DNA of 64,000 nucleotides from Methanoregula sp. (GCF_041663825.1 NZ_JBAYLY010000010.1:14697-78696); one strand, 5' to 3'; numbered from the stretch's first letter, positions 17,483 to 27,480 are shown. Made by a program: numbers and translations. Notes: a model not told the origin generated them from the letters alone.

Positions 17483-18535
17483 ATGAGCAGCAGTCCCGTC
17501 ACGGAACCCGTCACACGGTCGCAAATCCTCTTTTTCCAGTCCGAAGACGGGAGGAGCCGCATCGAAGTCCGGCTTGACGGGAACACGGTCTGGTTATCAC
17601 AAAACCTGATTGCGGAGTTGTACCAGATCACAAAACAAACGACCGGTCACCATATCCAGAATATTTTTGACGAAAATGAACTCTCCCCGGAGGCAACTGT
17701 AAGACAATATCTTACAGTTCAAACCGAGGGATCACGAACCGTTCAGCGCTCCATCGAGTATTACAATCTTGATATGATCCTCGCCATTGGCTACCGGGTC
17801 CGGTCCTCCCGGGGCACCCAGTTCCGTAGGTGGGCGACGGAACGGCTGCGTGAATACCTTATTAAGGGATTCGTGATCGATGATGAACGCTTAAAGGACG
17901 GTCGCAGCATCGGGGCCGATTATTTCGACGAATTGCTTGAACGCATCCGCGATATCAGGGCATCGGAGAAACGGTTCTACCAGAAAATCCGGGAGATCTA
18001 CAAACTTGCCGTCGATTACGATCCCCGTGCTGAAATCACCCTTGAATTTTTCAGAACCGTGCAGAACAAACTTCACTGGGCGATCACCGGCCATACCGCT
18101 GCGGAGATCATTGCAGAAAGGGCGGATGCAGCACGTCCCAACATGGGCCTCACTTCGTGGAAAGGGGCGAAGGTGCGGAAATGCGACGTCACGGTTGCAA
18201 AAAATTATCTCAATGAGACCGAAGTGAAAAATCTCAACCGCATCATTACCATGTATCTCGATTACGCAGAGATGCAGGCCGAACAGAAACGGCCGGTGTA
18301 CATGAACGAGTGGAAGGAGAAACTCGATGCCTTCCTCCGGTTCAACGAGCAGGAAATCTTAAGTGACAAAGGGAAGGTATCGATGGAGGTTGCACAGCAT
18401 CTTGCACTCGGGGAATACGATAAGTTTTCTGCCCGGAGGCTTGTGGAGGAGGCTGCCCTGCCCGATACGGAATTCGATGCGATAGCACACCGGATCGAGC
18501 ATAAAAAACGCGATCGGAAAAATCTGGCTCGTTAA
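17483..18535 (+). CDS. RhuM-family protein (virulence-protein RhuM / Fic-DOC-associated family)
   Basis: 350 aa. VWLSQNLIAELYQ..., YYNLDMILAIGYRVRSSRGTQFRRWATERLREYLIKGF and IRASEKRFYQKI match the RhuM family as remembered. Confidence 0.78.
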   Translation: MSSSPVTEPVTRSQILFFQSEDGRSRIEVRLDGNTVWLSQNLIAELYQITKQTTGHHIQNIFDENELSPEATVRQYLTVQTEGSRTVQRSIEYYNLDMILAIGYRVRSSRGTQFRRWATERLREYLIKGFVIDDERLKDGRSIGADYFDELLERIRDIRASEKRFYQKIREIYKLAVDYDPRAEITLEFFRTVQNKLHWAITGHTAAEIIAERADAARPNMGLTSWKGAKVRKCDVTVAKNYLNETEVKNLNRIITMYLDYAEMQAEQKRPVYMNEWKEKLDAFLRFNEQEILSDKGKVSMEVAQHLALGEYDKFSARRLVEEAALPDTEFDAIAHRIEHKKRDRKNLAR

Positions 18536-18589
18536 CATTCGGTCCTTTGGTATCTTTTTTCGGTCGAAAACATGTTTGCCGGATTTCTC

Positions 18590-19987
18590 TCACAAAAACG
18601 TAAACGTCTCCGGCACGAGCGTCTGGAGATCGACCATCACGGCCCGGGCCGGGGTCGGGTTCACGTTCATCTGCTTCTGGAACGCGGTCTGGGACTGCCA
18701 GGTACCGGCATTGACCCCGAGCACTCCCCGGTATTGGGTGAGTCCCGATATATGTACGTGTCCCGTGTGCAGGATCTCGGGAAGCGGGTCGATAATGAGG
18801 CGGTCGGCCTTTCCTGCCGCAATCGGGGTCCGCCTGCCATACGCGGGTGCGAGGTGCCGGCGCTGGAGCATCTCCTCCATCATTCTCCCGCTCTGCTCGT
18901 AGGAGGCACCCGGGATGAGTCCGATCATGTCATCGATCGACCGACCATGGTACATCAGCACCCGCACCCCCTGCAGGTTCACCATCGCCGGGTTCTCGAC
19001 CAGCATGCAGTTCTCGGGGAACTTCTTTGTGAATTGTTCCGGGATCACCGGCTGGGGCTCGGCGCCCCGCACAACGTCGTGGTTACCCGGCGCGACAATA
19101 ATTTTGATCCGGTGCGGGATCGCACTGATCAGATCGCCGAACGCGTCGTACTGCTCGTAGATGTTCTTGATCGTCAGTTCCTGCTCCTGGCCCGGGAAGA
19201 CCCCGATCCCGTCCACGAGGTCGCCGGCGATGAGAAGGTAAGAAGCGTCGGATTCCGCGATCCAGTCGACAAACCGGTTCCAGGCGTCAGGAAGGAACGT
19301 GTTACTCCCCACGTGGACATCGGAGATCAGGACTGCTTTTCCCGGGGTTTCGCTTACGTAGGGCTTGTTGTCGATCCTGATATCGGGCCGGTACATCTGT
19401 TCGGCAAAGAAGAGTTTCCCGTCGTTTGAGAGCTTGCCCTTGACGCCTATTACCTCGTCCATGATCAGGCGCTCGGCATCGGCAAAGACCGGCCGGTCTT
19501 TCCGGAAAAGCACCGTGAGGTTAGCGGTCGTATCCTCGATCTCCGCGATCCGGTGGCCGTTAGTTGTGGTCTTGACCTCGGAGACCATCCCGATCACGGT
19601 GCACTCTTCCTGCCGGTACCGGTTCGAGCGGGTCAGCGCCTCAAGGGGTATCGCCCCGCACCGGCTCCGGATCATATTCCCGAGTTTGCTGAACCGGTCC
19701 CGGAAATAGTGGAGATAGTCCTCGGTGCCGTTGATGCTCCCCGAGGTCCCCGGGCACCCGGAGACGATTTCGACGGTCGGGTCGGTCAGGAAACGCATCC
19801 CGTCCCGGGTCAGGTTCATGCCCGGGATGTGCTTTGCCGAGACCACCACGGTATCCTCGGGCACTCCTGCGATGATGCGATCGATCAGCTCCAGGTTGTC
19901 CTGCTCCTGGATGTACCGCACGACGTCGGGGTGCACCTGGAGCCGGGTATCGAGGAACCGGAGCGTGATCTCCTGCGCATCAATCAT
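18590..19987 (-). CDS. DNA polymerase II (PolD) small subunit DP1
   Basis: Calcineurin-like phosphodiesterase motifs (LISDVHVGS, IAGDLVDG, APGNHD, HTGHVH) follow an OB-fold region. ATG 19987 (MIDAQEITLRF) is preferred over the ORF start. Confidence 0.85.
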   Translation of the reverse strand: MIDAQEITLRFLDTRLQVHPDVVRYIQEQDNLELIDRIIAGVPEDTVVVSAKHIPGMNLTRDGMRFLTDPTVEIVSGCPGTSGSINGTEDYLHYFRDRFSKLGNMIRSRCGAIPLEALTRSNRYRQEECTVIGMVSEVKTTTNGHRIAEIEDTTANLTVLFRKDRPVFADAERLIMDEVIGVKGKLSNDGKLFFAEQMYRPDIRIDNKPYVSETPGKAVLISDVHVGSNTFLPDAWNRFVDWIAESDASYLLIAGDLVDGIGVFPGQEQELTIKNIYEQYDAFGDLISAIPHRIKIIVAPGNHDVVRGAEPQPVIPEQFTKKFPENCMLVENPAMVNLQGVRVLMYHGRSIDDMIGLIPGASYEQSGRMMEEMLQRRHLAPAYGRRTPIAAGKADRLIIDPLPEILHTGHVHISGLTQYRGVLGVNAGTWQSQTAFQKQMNVNPTPARAVMVDLQTLVPETFTFL

Positions 19988-20128
19988 AGTGATAGTATAT
20001 TGCAGCATCGGGAAAATAATCATATCACCTTTGCATGTGCTCCCCCGGCACCGGTGTCGGGGAATCCTTGATATCATCGTCCGCTCAAACCCTGTTCACT
20101 TGACGGGTGCAAACTCCCTCCCGATACC

Positions 20129-20761
20129 ATGCTCGATACCCTCCAGATATTTATCCTGGCATTTGCCCTCGGCCTGACCGGCGCCCTCGCACCGGGCCCC
20201 ACGCTCGTCGCCACCATCAACGCATCGATCGCCGGAGGCTGGACGATGGGGCCGAAGGTGACACTCGGCCACATGCTCTCCGAACTGGTCGTTGTCCTCT
20301 TAATCGTGGCTGGCCTTGCCACCGTTGCCCTGCGGTACACAACGGCGGTCGCGGTCATTGGGGGCGTGGCGCTCATCATCTTTGGGGTTCTCACGATTGC
20401 AGGGAGCCGGGGGGCCTCGCTTGCGGGGAGCGGCACCGGGCCCTCCGCCGTTGCGGCAAACCCGTACTTTGCCGGTTTTTTCACGAGTGTTGCAAACCCC
20501 TACTTCTGGATCTGGTGGCTCACGGTCGGGAGCGCGATGGTGATCGCCGGCCTTGCCGGAGGTATCTTCCTTGCCTGCGTCTTCATGGCCGGGCACTGGT
20601 GTGCAGACCTCGGGTGGTACACCGTGGTATCGACCGGCATCTCCAAGGGAAAGACCCTCCTCTCCGACACCACGTACCGGCGGATCATGATCGCGTGCGG
20701 GATCTTCCTCGTCCTCTTCGGGGCCTGGTACCTCGTGCGGGTCGTTATCTCGTCGGCCTGA
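20129..20761 (+). CDS. LysE/RhtB-family amino-acid exporter
   Basis: 210 aa, about 6 TM. N-terminal FILAFALGLTGALAPGPTL motif. Confidence 0.78.
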   Translation: MLDTLQIFILAFALGLTGALAPGPTLVATINASIAGGWTMGPKVTLGHMLSELVVVLLIVAGLATVALRYTTAVAVIGGVALIIFGVLTIAGSRGASLAGSGTGPSAVAANPYFAGFFTSVANPYFWIWWLTVGSAMVIAGLAGGIFLACVFMAGHWCADLGWYTVVSTGISKGKTLLSDTTYRRIMIACGIFLVLFGAWYLVRVVISSA

Positions 20762-20817
20762 CAGCTGGGGAACAGGGAGCGGTATATTAACAAAAAACGC
20801 CAATAGAGCGATGAGCA

Positions 20818-21780
20818 ATGGCAGAGAAAGAACCGTCGCGGGATATCCGCACGATGATCCATGAGTTTCGGACAAGCGAGCACTGGGCGGTCTCCCTTGC
20901 CCGGGATCTTCTCTGGGTAGTGGCGGTCGTGGGCGGTATCGCGCTCGCGCTCTACCTTATCTGCGGGACGTGGCCGGCGGTCGTTACCGTGGAATCGGGG
21001 AGCATGGAGCCCCACATGAATATCGGTGATCTCGTCGTTGTCGTGCAGCAGGACCGGTTCGGGCCCGTCCAGACCTGGGACGAGGCGAAAGTGACCGGCT
21101 TTACGAAGTTCGGCGATTACGGGGACGTGATCATCTACCGCCCGAACGGCGAGACGGACTTCTGGGCACAGGTCGGCCTTCTCCCGCTTTCAAAGCAGCA
21201 CCCGATCATCCACCGGGCCATGACCTGGGTCGATGCCGGGGAACCGGAGCCGTCGTACCTCAACCCGTACCGCGGGTCGGTCACGCCCTCAGGGTACATC
21301 CCGCTTGAATCTAGTAATACCACCGTGTACGGGTACCATATCCTCTACCCGGAGAATGCCACGCCCCCGGAAAATATCTCGACCGATGCGAAGGGCATGG
21401 GATTTTCCACGGCCACCCAGAAGTACTTCCTTCCCGAGCAGTACGTGACAAACGGGTCCGGGTATATCCGGTACATCAATGTGACGACGCATGGCGGCTA
21501 CATCACCAAGGGAGACAATAACCCGGTGAGCGACGAAGGGTATCTCACTGTCGGCGACATCACCGAGATCGAACCGGTGGAAAAGGAATGGGTTGTGGGT
21601 AAAGCCCTCTTTACCGTTCCCTATGTCGGCCTTCTCCCGCTCCATATCTGGGAAGTGATCATCGTCGTTATCGTTGCGATGGTTGCCTGGGACTGGTATG
21701 CGAAAAGAAAGGAAGCAGAGTCCGGTAAAAAGGCCGGGAAATCCCGGAACCCGTCCAAAGGTTCCCGGCAGAAAAAATAA
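20818..21780 (+). CDS. Archaeal-type signal peptidase I (S26B/Sec11-like) with long C-terminal extension and TM anchor
   Basis: VESGSMEPHMNIGDLVVV (catalytic Ser box), HRAM and ITKGDNN boxes. Confidence 0.8.
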   Translation: MAEKEPSRDIRTMIHEFRTSEHWAVSLARDLLWVVAVVGGIALALYLICGTWPAVVTVESGSMEPHMNIGDLVVVVQQDRFGPVQTWDEAKVTGFTKFGDYGDVIIYRPNGETDFWAQVGLLPLSKQHPIIHRAMTWVDAGEPEPSYLNPYRGSVTPSGYIPLESSNTTVYGYHILYPENATPPENISTDAKGMGFSTATQKYFLPEQYVTNGSGYIRYINVTTHGGYITKGDNNPVSDEGYLTVGDITEIEPVEKEWVVGKALFTVPYVGLLPLHIWEVIIVVIVAMVAWDWYAKRKEAESGKKAGKSRNPSKGSRQKK

Positions 21781-21800
21781 CAGGATACGGTCTAACGACA

Positions 21801-22889
21801 ATGACATCCGCACTTTCCACGCTCCTGCGCGACGTACAGGCCGGCCACCGGCTCAGCCCTGACGAAGGCGAATACCTTATGAAGACCACCGGCCGCGATA
21901 TCTTCCGCGTCACTGCGGCAGCCGACGAGGTGCGGGAGGAAAAGGTCGGCGATATCGTCACGTACGTCAGAAACCAGAACCTGCACGTGACAAACATCTG
22001 CAAGAACCTCTGCGGGTTCTGCGGGTTCGGGAAGAAAGCGACCGACCCCGGGGCCTACTGCCAGGACCTTGACGCGACCCGGGCCGGTGTGCGGCTGGCG
22101 CAGGAACGCCATGTCACTGAGATCTGTTTTCTCTCGGGAGTCAACCCCGCGTTTAACCTCGACACCTACACCGCTCTCCTCGCCGCGGTGCACGAGATCG
22201 CCCCCGATATCCACATCCACGCGTTCAGCCCGGACGAAGTGGCCCACGCGGCAAAGAGAAGCCAGTGCACCACGGCGGAGGTGCTTGCCGCTTTCAAAGC
22301 CGCCGGCCTCGGATCGCTCCAGGGAACCGCAGCCGAGATCCTGATCGAGTCTGTGCGCAAGGTCATCTGCCCCCGGAAAGTCTCCGGTGCCGAATGGGAG
22401 CGGATCATCAGGGAAGCGCACGCGATGGGCATCCGCACGTCCGCGACGATCATGTACGGCTCGTACGAGTCAGCCCGCGACCAGGTGGATCACCTGGAGA
22501 TCGTCCGGGAGATCCAGGACGATACCCACGGCTTCTCCGAGTTCATCCCGATGTCGTATATTCACACCAACACCCCGCTCTATACACAGGGGATCGGCCG
22601 GGCCGGGGCGACGGGCAGGGAGGACCTCCTGATGATCGCGGTCTCCCGTTTATTCCTTGACAATTTCACCAACGTCCAGGTTTCGTGGGGCAAGCTCGGG
22701 CTCAAGATGACACAGCTTGCGCTCCTGTGCGGGGGAAACGACCTTGCGGGAACGATGTTTACCGACGAGGTCTCGGTGGATGCCGGCGCAGGAGATGCGA
22801 GCTACCTTCCACCTGAAGTCATGGATCGGATGGTGACGGATCTGGGCCGGACGCTCCGGCAGCGGACGACGCTATACGATCTCTTATAA
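21801..22889 (+). CDS. Radical SAM enzyme, CofH/MqnC/MqnE family
   Basis: 362 aa. VTYVRNQNLHVTNICKNLCGFCGF (CxxxCxxC) and GGNDLAGTMFTDEVSVDAG near the C-terminus. Confidence 0.75.
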   Translation: MTSALSTLLRDVQAGHRLSPDEGEYLMKTTGRDIFRVTAAADEVREEKVGDIVTYVRNQNLHVTNICKNLCGFCGFGKKATDPGAYCQDLDATRAGVRLAQERHVTEICFLSGVNPAFNLDTYTALLAAVHEIAPDIHIHAFSPDEVAHAAKRSQCTTAEVLAAFKAAGLGSLQGTAAEILIESVRKVICPRKVSGAEWERIIREAHAMGIRTSATIMYGSYESARDQVDHLEIVREIQDDTHGFSEFIPMSYIHTNTPLYTQGIGRAGATGREDLLMIAVSRLFLDNFTNVQVSWGKLGLKMTQLALLCGGNDLAGTMFTDEVSVDAGAGDASYLPPEVMDRMVTDLGRTLRQRTTLYDLL

Positions 22890-22950
22890 TCCTCTGAAAC
22901 GAAGGGAATTAAAAAAGGGTTTTTGGATATTTTTTCGGGGCCGAATCTGA

Positions 22951-23250
22951 TCAGAGCAGTTCCAGCGCCTGTTTGCCGGTCATGCCGTTGGTGATCCCGC
23001 GGCTCATCGCGCCCCGGTTTGTCTCTTTTACGATACCGGTGAGAATGTCATCGGTGGTGACAATGGACGGTCCTTTTGCGGGCCGGACCTTTGCCGCAGG
23101 ATAGCTGAACGAGTCAAGCGCAGCGACATCGAAGGCACCGCACCCGACGAGGCCCACATCGGTGATAATTGCGACCAGGTTTGCCGGCCCCAGCGGGATA
23201 ACATACCCTTCTGCGACCTTCTTTGACAGATGAACAGAGACCTTTTGCAT
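22951..23250 (-). CDS. DUF1805 (YunC-like) protein
   Basis: GYVIPLGPANLVAIITDVGLVGCGAFDVAALD and GMTGKQALELL match the YunC/DUF1805 family as remembered. Confidence 0.65.
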   Translation of the reverse strand: MQKVSVHLSKKVAEGYVIPLGPANLVAIITDVGLVGCGAFDVAALDSFSYPAAKVRPAKGPSIVTTDDILTGIVKETNRGAMSRGITNGMTGKQALELL

Positions 23251-23370
23251 AATCCTCTTATGATGCACATTGGCGCCACGGTGTAATAATTATGACGGGG
23301 CCCGCAGGGGCCGACAGGTTTATCGTAAGTATGACACAGTGTGACACACAGAACAATGGATGGTGCCGGT

Positions 23371-24459
23371 ATGGATACGAACCTTCAAACGATGCTCTCC
23401 GATGCGGTAAGCGGAAACCGGATCAGCGAAGCGGATGCACTGCGCCTTTTTGGGACACGCGACCGCGATATCTGGAAGATTGCAGCGGCGGCCGATGAAA
23501 AGCGGGAAAATGTCGTGGGTAATGCCGTCACCTATGTCCGCAACCAGAATATCAACGTGACCAACCTCTGTGTCAATACCTGCGGCTTCTGCGGTTTTAG
23601 TAAAAAGCCGGGCGACGAGGGGATCTATTTCCACGACCGGCAGGTGATCGAAGAGAAGGCACGGCTCGCGAAGTGCCGGGGCGTGTCCGAGATCTGCACG
23701 GTGAGCGGTCTGCACCCTGAATTTACCGCGCAGTCTTATATCGACGTCTACCGCTGGATCTGCGAAGCGGCGCCGGGGGTGCACCTGCACGCGAGTAACC
23801 CGATGGAGGTCGCGTATGCGGCGCGGCAGAGCGACATGAGCACAAAGGAGGTGCTCTCGCAGATGAAGGCGGCGGGGCTCAATTCGATGTGCGGGACGGC
23901 GGCGGAGATCCTTGTCGACAGCGTCCGGGGGAAGATATGTCCCAACAAGATCCCGACAGCCGAGTGGATCCGGATCATCAGAGAGGCACACGGCCTTGGC
24001 ATCCCGACGACTGCGACGATCATGTACGGCCACTGCGAGAGCGATGCGGACCGGGTCCGGCACCTCGCGATCCTCCGGGAGATCCAGGATGAGACCCACG
24101 GCTTTACGGAATTTGTCCCGCTCTCGTTTGTCCACATGAATACGCCGATCTACCGGGCCGGGCTCGCCCGGGCAGGGGCCACCGGCCGCGAGGACGGGCT
24201 GATGGTCGCGGTCGCCCGGCTCTTCCTCGACAATTTCAGGAATATCCAGGTCTCATGGGTAAAAGAAGGTATCAAGATGGCGCAGCTGGGCCTTCTTGCG
24301 GGGGCAAATGACCTCGGCGGTACGATGTATGAGGAGAGTATCTCAAAAGGGGCCGGGGCGCAGAACACGGATTATCTCGATCCGGCCGAGATGCAGCGGG
24401 TGGCAGAGGATATCGGACGGCCGCTGTGCCGGCGCACGACGCTCTATAAAAAAGCATAA
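23371..24459 (+). CDS. Radical SAM enzyme, CofH/MqnC/MqnE family (paralog of 21801-22889)
   Basis: VTYVRNQNINVTNLCVNTCGFCGF and GANDLGGTMYEESISKGAG. With a start at ATG 23371 the product is 362 aa, the same length as its paralog. Confidence 0.75.
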   Translation: MDTNLQTMLSDAVSGNRISEADALRLFGTRDRDIWKIAAAADEKRENVVGNAVTYVRNQNINVTNLCVNTCGFCGFSKKPGDEGIYFHDRQVIEEKARLAKCRGVSEICTVSGLHPEFTAQSYIDVYRWICEAAPGVHLHASNPMEVAYAARQSDMSTKEVLSQMKAAGLNSMCGTAAEILVDSVRGKICPNKIPTAEWIRIIREAHGLGIPTTATIMYGHCESDADRVRHLAILREIQDETHGFTEFVPLSFVHMNTPIYRAGLARAGATGREDGLMVAVARLFLDNFRNIQVSWVKEGIKMAQLGLLAGANDLGGTMYEESISKGAGAQNTDYLDPAEMQRVAEDIGRPLCRRTTLYKKA

Positions 24460-24500
24460 CCGGGAAACACCGGGGTACTGGTCCCGCACCGGTACTCCCA

Positions 24501-25049
24501 TCACCTGGGCTTGAGCAGCCTGACGATCTTGTCCCCGGTCTTTTTTGCATGCGCCACGGCTTTTGCATCTTTCATGATATCCCCTTCATCCGTTCCCGTG
24601 CCGGTGACCGCACCGAGCGATGCAAACTCGTGTGCGCCAAGGAACCCCTCGATCGTTGCTGCCGCCCTTTCTGCTCCCATTGAGGCGTTGACCGCGACGG
24701 CAATGCCCTTTTTCCCGGAGAGCCTGCGGTCATGGTAGAGCGAGTACGACCGGTCGATAAAATTCTTGAGCTGACCCGTGATATCGTAGTAATACGTCGG
24801 CGACCCGATCACGAGCACCTCGCACTCCAGCACCTTCTGCGCGATCTCCCCCCAGTCGTCATTCTCGATCACGCACCATTTCTTCTCCATGCATTTCAGG
24901 CAGCCCAGGCACGGGTGGATCTTCTTCCCGGCGAGGGTGACAAACTCCGTTTTGAGTCCTGCATTCTTGCACTGCCCGAGGATCACCTGGATGAGCTGTG
25001 CGGTGTTCCCCTCCTTTCGCATGCTGCCCGACAACCCGAGGACTTTCAT
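24501..25049 (-). CDS. Iron-sulfur flavoprotein (Isf) / NADPH-dependent FMN reductase family
   Basis: MKVLGLSGSMRKEGNT flavodoxin-like N-terminus and a compact Cys cluster CLGCLKCMEKKWC (C-x2-C-x2-C-x5-C). Confidence 0.75.
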   Translation of the reverse strand: MKVLGLSGSMRKEGNTAQLIQVILGQCKNAGLKTEFVTLAGKKIHPCLGCLKCMEKKWCVIENDDWGEIAQKVLECEVLVIGSPTYYYDITGQLKNFIDRSYSLYHDRRLSGKKGIAVAVNASMGAERAAATIEGFLGAHEFASLGAVTGTGTDEGDIMKDAKAVAHAKKTGDKIVRLLKPR

Positions 25050-25063
25050 ACGTTACCCTGTCC

Positions 25064-25507
25064 TTATGGGATAATGATAGTTTTGATCCCGGGGGAAAGA
25101 CCGAGACCGGAGAACGCCGCGACGATCTCTTTTTGCGGGTTGCGGGACCGGTACATGAGGTGGGACGGGCAGTCGCAGTCACTGCACCCGAATTGTGGCA
25201 CACTTGTTCCGCCCCGGGCAAGGGCGGCAGCGAGCCGGCATTCAAGGCGCTCTTCTGTCGGGGCGCTCACGGCATACGCGACACAAAACCGGGGATCGGT
25301 GAGCAGGTAATCGATATGCCACTTCGGCTGCCTGTCCCTGTGCTCCGCGAGGCCGATATGGCGTTCGAGCCGCACGAGGCCGCCGGGCCCGAGGGCAGAC
25401 CCGATGTAGCAGTGCCAGCCGACCGCAAACGGGAGCGGGCCAAGCGCCCCGACCCGTACCGTGCAGGCGGGATTTTTTAAAACGAGGCAGTAGATTCCCT
25501 TATCCAT
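25064..25507 (-). CDS. DUF123 / GIY-YIG superfamily protein
   Basis: GIYCLVL..., YIGSALGPGGLVRLERH and KWHIDYL match the DUF123 pattern. Confidence 0.68.
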   Translation of the reverse strand: MDKGIYCLVLKNPACTVRVGALGPLPFAVGWHCYIGSALGPGGLVRLERHIGLAEHRDRQPKWHIDYLLTDPRFCVAYAVSAPTEERLECRLAAALARGGTSVPQFGCSDCDCPSHLMYRSRNPQKEIVAAFSGLGLSPGIKTIIIP

Positions 25508-26102
25508 ACCCGCCCTTCATGAGCTGGTTTGCCGCCGCGATGTGGCGTTTCCCACCGCAGTCCACCGGTTCCCCGTGTCCTGGGTAGAGCCCTTCCACGT
25601 CGAGCGGCACGAGCCGTTCAAGGGATTTGGCCAGTGTCTGCCTGCTCCCCCCAGGGAAATCGAAACGGCCAAACGCCCCGTCGGTAAAGACCGTATCGCC
25701 ACTGATGAGCACCTTGTCCGGCTCTGAAAAGAGGCAGATGCACCCCGGGGTGTGGCCCGGTGTGTGAATGACCGTGAGGCCACCGATCGTGTCGCCGTCC
25801 GAGAGCACGATGTCCGGCACAATGCCGGGCGAGCGGGCGCCAAACTGCATCGAGAGACTTTTCCCGTCATCGATAAGCCCCCCGGCATCGTCCCGGTGGA
25901 TCGCGATCTTCGCCTTGCACATGTGGGCGATCTCTTTGACGTGTGCGGTATGGTCGAAGTGGCAGTGGGTGAGGACAATCGTATCGATCTCATCTTTGTA
26001 CGGCTGGATCGCCATCGGGAAAACACCGGCGTCCACGAGGACCGTGCCGAAAATATACGAGTTCGCGAGCGCCCCCTGTCCGGGAATCCACCTGACCTTC
26101 AT
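25500..26102 (-). CDS. MBL-fold metallo-hydrolase
   Basis: THCHFDH (HxHxDH) and HTPGHTPG motifs. The start at ATG 26102 (MKVRWIP) gives 200 aa; the upstream part of the track ORF lies antisense to thiC. Confidence 0.85.
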   Translation of the reverse strand: MKVRWIPGQGALANSYIFGTVLVDAGVFPMAIQPYKDEIDTIVLTHCHFDHTAHVKEIAHMCKAKIAIHRDDAGGLIDDGKSLSMQFGARSPGIVPDIVLSDGDTIGGLTVIHTPGHTPGCICLFSEPDKVLISGDTVFTDGAFGRFDFPGGSRQTLAKSLERLVPLDVEGLYPGHGEPVDCGGKRHIAAANQLMKGGYG

Positions 26103-26127
26103 GCACAATAATAAAGCATACCAACAG

Positions 26128-27432
26128 ATGTTTGTTATGGATATGCTCATCCGCAGGTGCTCCTCTTCTGTTCCCGAAAACGTCGCTGTTGCGGCACGGG
26201 CTGAGGACATGGACGCGGAACAGATGGCCCGGCTCGTGGCTGCCGGGCGGATCGTGATCCCGGCAAACCCGCACCGGCCGCACCGGCTCTGTGCAATCGG
26301 CGAAGGGTGTACGGTCAAGGTGAACGTGAACGTCGGGACATCGGGCACCCGGTGCGATTACGCTCTTGAGGAGAAGAAGGCACAGGCAGCGCTTGACAAC
26401 GGGGCCGACGCGATCATGGACCTCTCGACCGGCGGGGATCTTGTCGCAATACGGAAGAAGATGCTCGCCCTCGACACCACGGTCGGGACGGTGCCGATAT
26501 ACGAGGCGGTGCGCCGAGCGGGAAATGCAGCGGACGTGGACGCCGACCTGCTCTTCAAGGTCATCCGGGAGCACTGCGAGCAGGGCGTGGATTTCTTAAC
26601 GCTCCACTGCGGGGTGAACCGGCAGGTGCTCGATGCCTTAAAACTTGACCCGCGCCTGATGGGTGTCGTGAGCCGGGGCGGGACGTTCCACTGCGCGATG
26701 ATGATGCTCCGGGAGGAGGAGAACCCGCTCTTTTCAGAGTTTGATTACCTCCTCGATATCCTCGCGGAATACGACGTCACGATCAGCCTCGGGGACGGGA
26801 TGCGGCCCGGCTGCCAGCAGGACGCAGGCAAACTTGCAAAGTCGGTGGAGTACGTGACGCTCGGGACGCTCGCGAAGCGCTCCCTTGCCCGGGGCGTCCA
26901 GCGGATGATCGAGGGCCCGGGGCACATGCCGCTTGACCAGGTGGGCTACAATGTGCGGATGATAAAGGAGATCACCGACAACGCCCCGCTCTACCTGCTC
27001 GGGCCGATCGTGACCGATATTGCGCCGGGCTACGACCACGTGGTCGCGGCTATCGGGGGAGCGGAGGCCTGCCGGAACGGGGCCGACTTCCTCTGCATGG
27101 TCTCGCCAAGTGAGCACCTTGCCCTGCCGGACGTTGAGGATATTATTGCCGGGACCCGGGTCGCAAAGATCGCGGCACACGTGGGGGACACGGTGCGCCG
27201 GCCCGAGGGATACAAGATGGAGCGCGAGGTAAAGATGGCCGAGGCCCGGCACCTGCTTGACTGGGATGCCCAGTTTAAGCTGGCGCTCTACGGCGACCAT
27301 GCAAAAGCGATCCACTGCCGGGACGGGGACACTGATACCTGCTCGATGTGCGGGGATTTGTGTGCGGTGAAGATGGTGAATGAGCTGTTCGGGACCGGGA
27401 AGAAGAAAGGGAAGAGCGCGAAAGGGAAATAA
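26128..27432 (+). CDS. thiC: Phosphomethylpyrimidine synthase ThiC
   Basis: VNVNVGTS, DAIMDLSTGG, FLTLHCG, SRGG, EGPGHMPL and a C-terminal CSMCGDLC cluster. First plausible ATG is at 26128. Confidence 0.92.
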   Translation: MFVMDMLIRRCSSSVPENVAVAARAEDMDAEQMARLVAAGRIVIPANPHRPHRLCAIGEGCTVKVNVNVGTSGTRCDYALEEKKAQAALDNGADAIMDLSTGGDLVAIRKKMLALDTTVGTVPIYEAVRRAGNAADVDADLLFKVIREHCEQGVDFLTLHCGVNRQVLDALKLDPRLMGVVSRGGTFHCAMMMLREEENPLFSEFDYLLDILAEYDVTISLGDGMRPGCQQDAGKLAKSVEYVTLGTLAKRSLARGVQRMIEGPGHMPLDQVGYNVRMIKEITDNAPLYLLGPIVTDIAPGYDHVVAAIGGAEACRNGADFLCMVSPSEHLALPDVEDIIAGTRVAKIAAHVGDTVRRPEGYKMEREVKMAEARHLLDWDAQFKLALYGDHAKAIHCRDGDTDTCSMCGDLCAVKMVNELFGTGKKKGKSAKGK

Positions 27433-27480
27433 TCCCACACAATAACTTTAAGATCAAAAAGGAATCCTTGTTGATGAATT

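Noticed and set aside
18572-19429. 285-aa plus-strand ORF
   Set aside because: It lies antisense to the PolD small subunit, whose phosphodiesterase motifs are unambiguous.
19988-20128. Replication origin next to the PolD small-subunit gene
   Set aside because: In some Euryarchaeota oriC/cdc6 neighbours DP1. Here the gap is only ~140 bp, I saw no ORB-like repeats or AT-rich unwinding element, and no cdc6/orc1 gene is present.
21801-24459. Calling the two radical SAM genes cofG and cofH
   Set aside because: Both carry the CofH/Mqn-type cluster context and neither shows the CofG-type context. The specific assignment is left open.
26103-26127. TPP riboswitch upstream of thiC
   Set aside because: Only ~25 nt separate the divergent MBL hydrolase start from the first thiC ATG, far too short for a THI-box aptamer.
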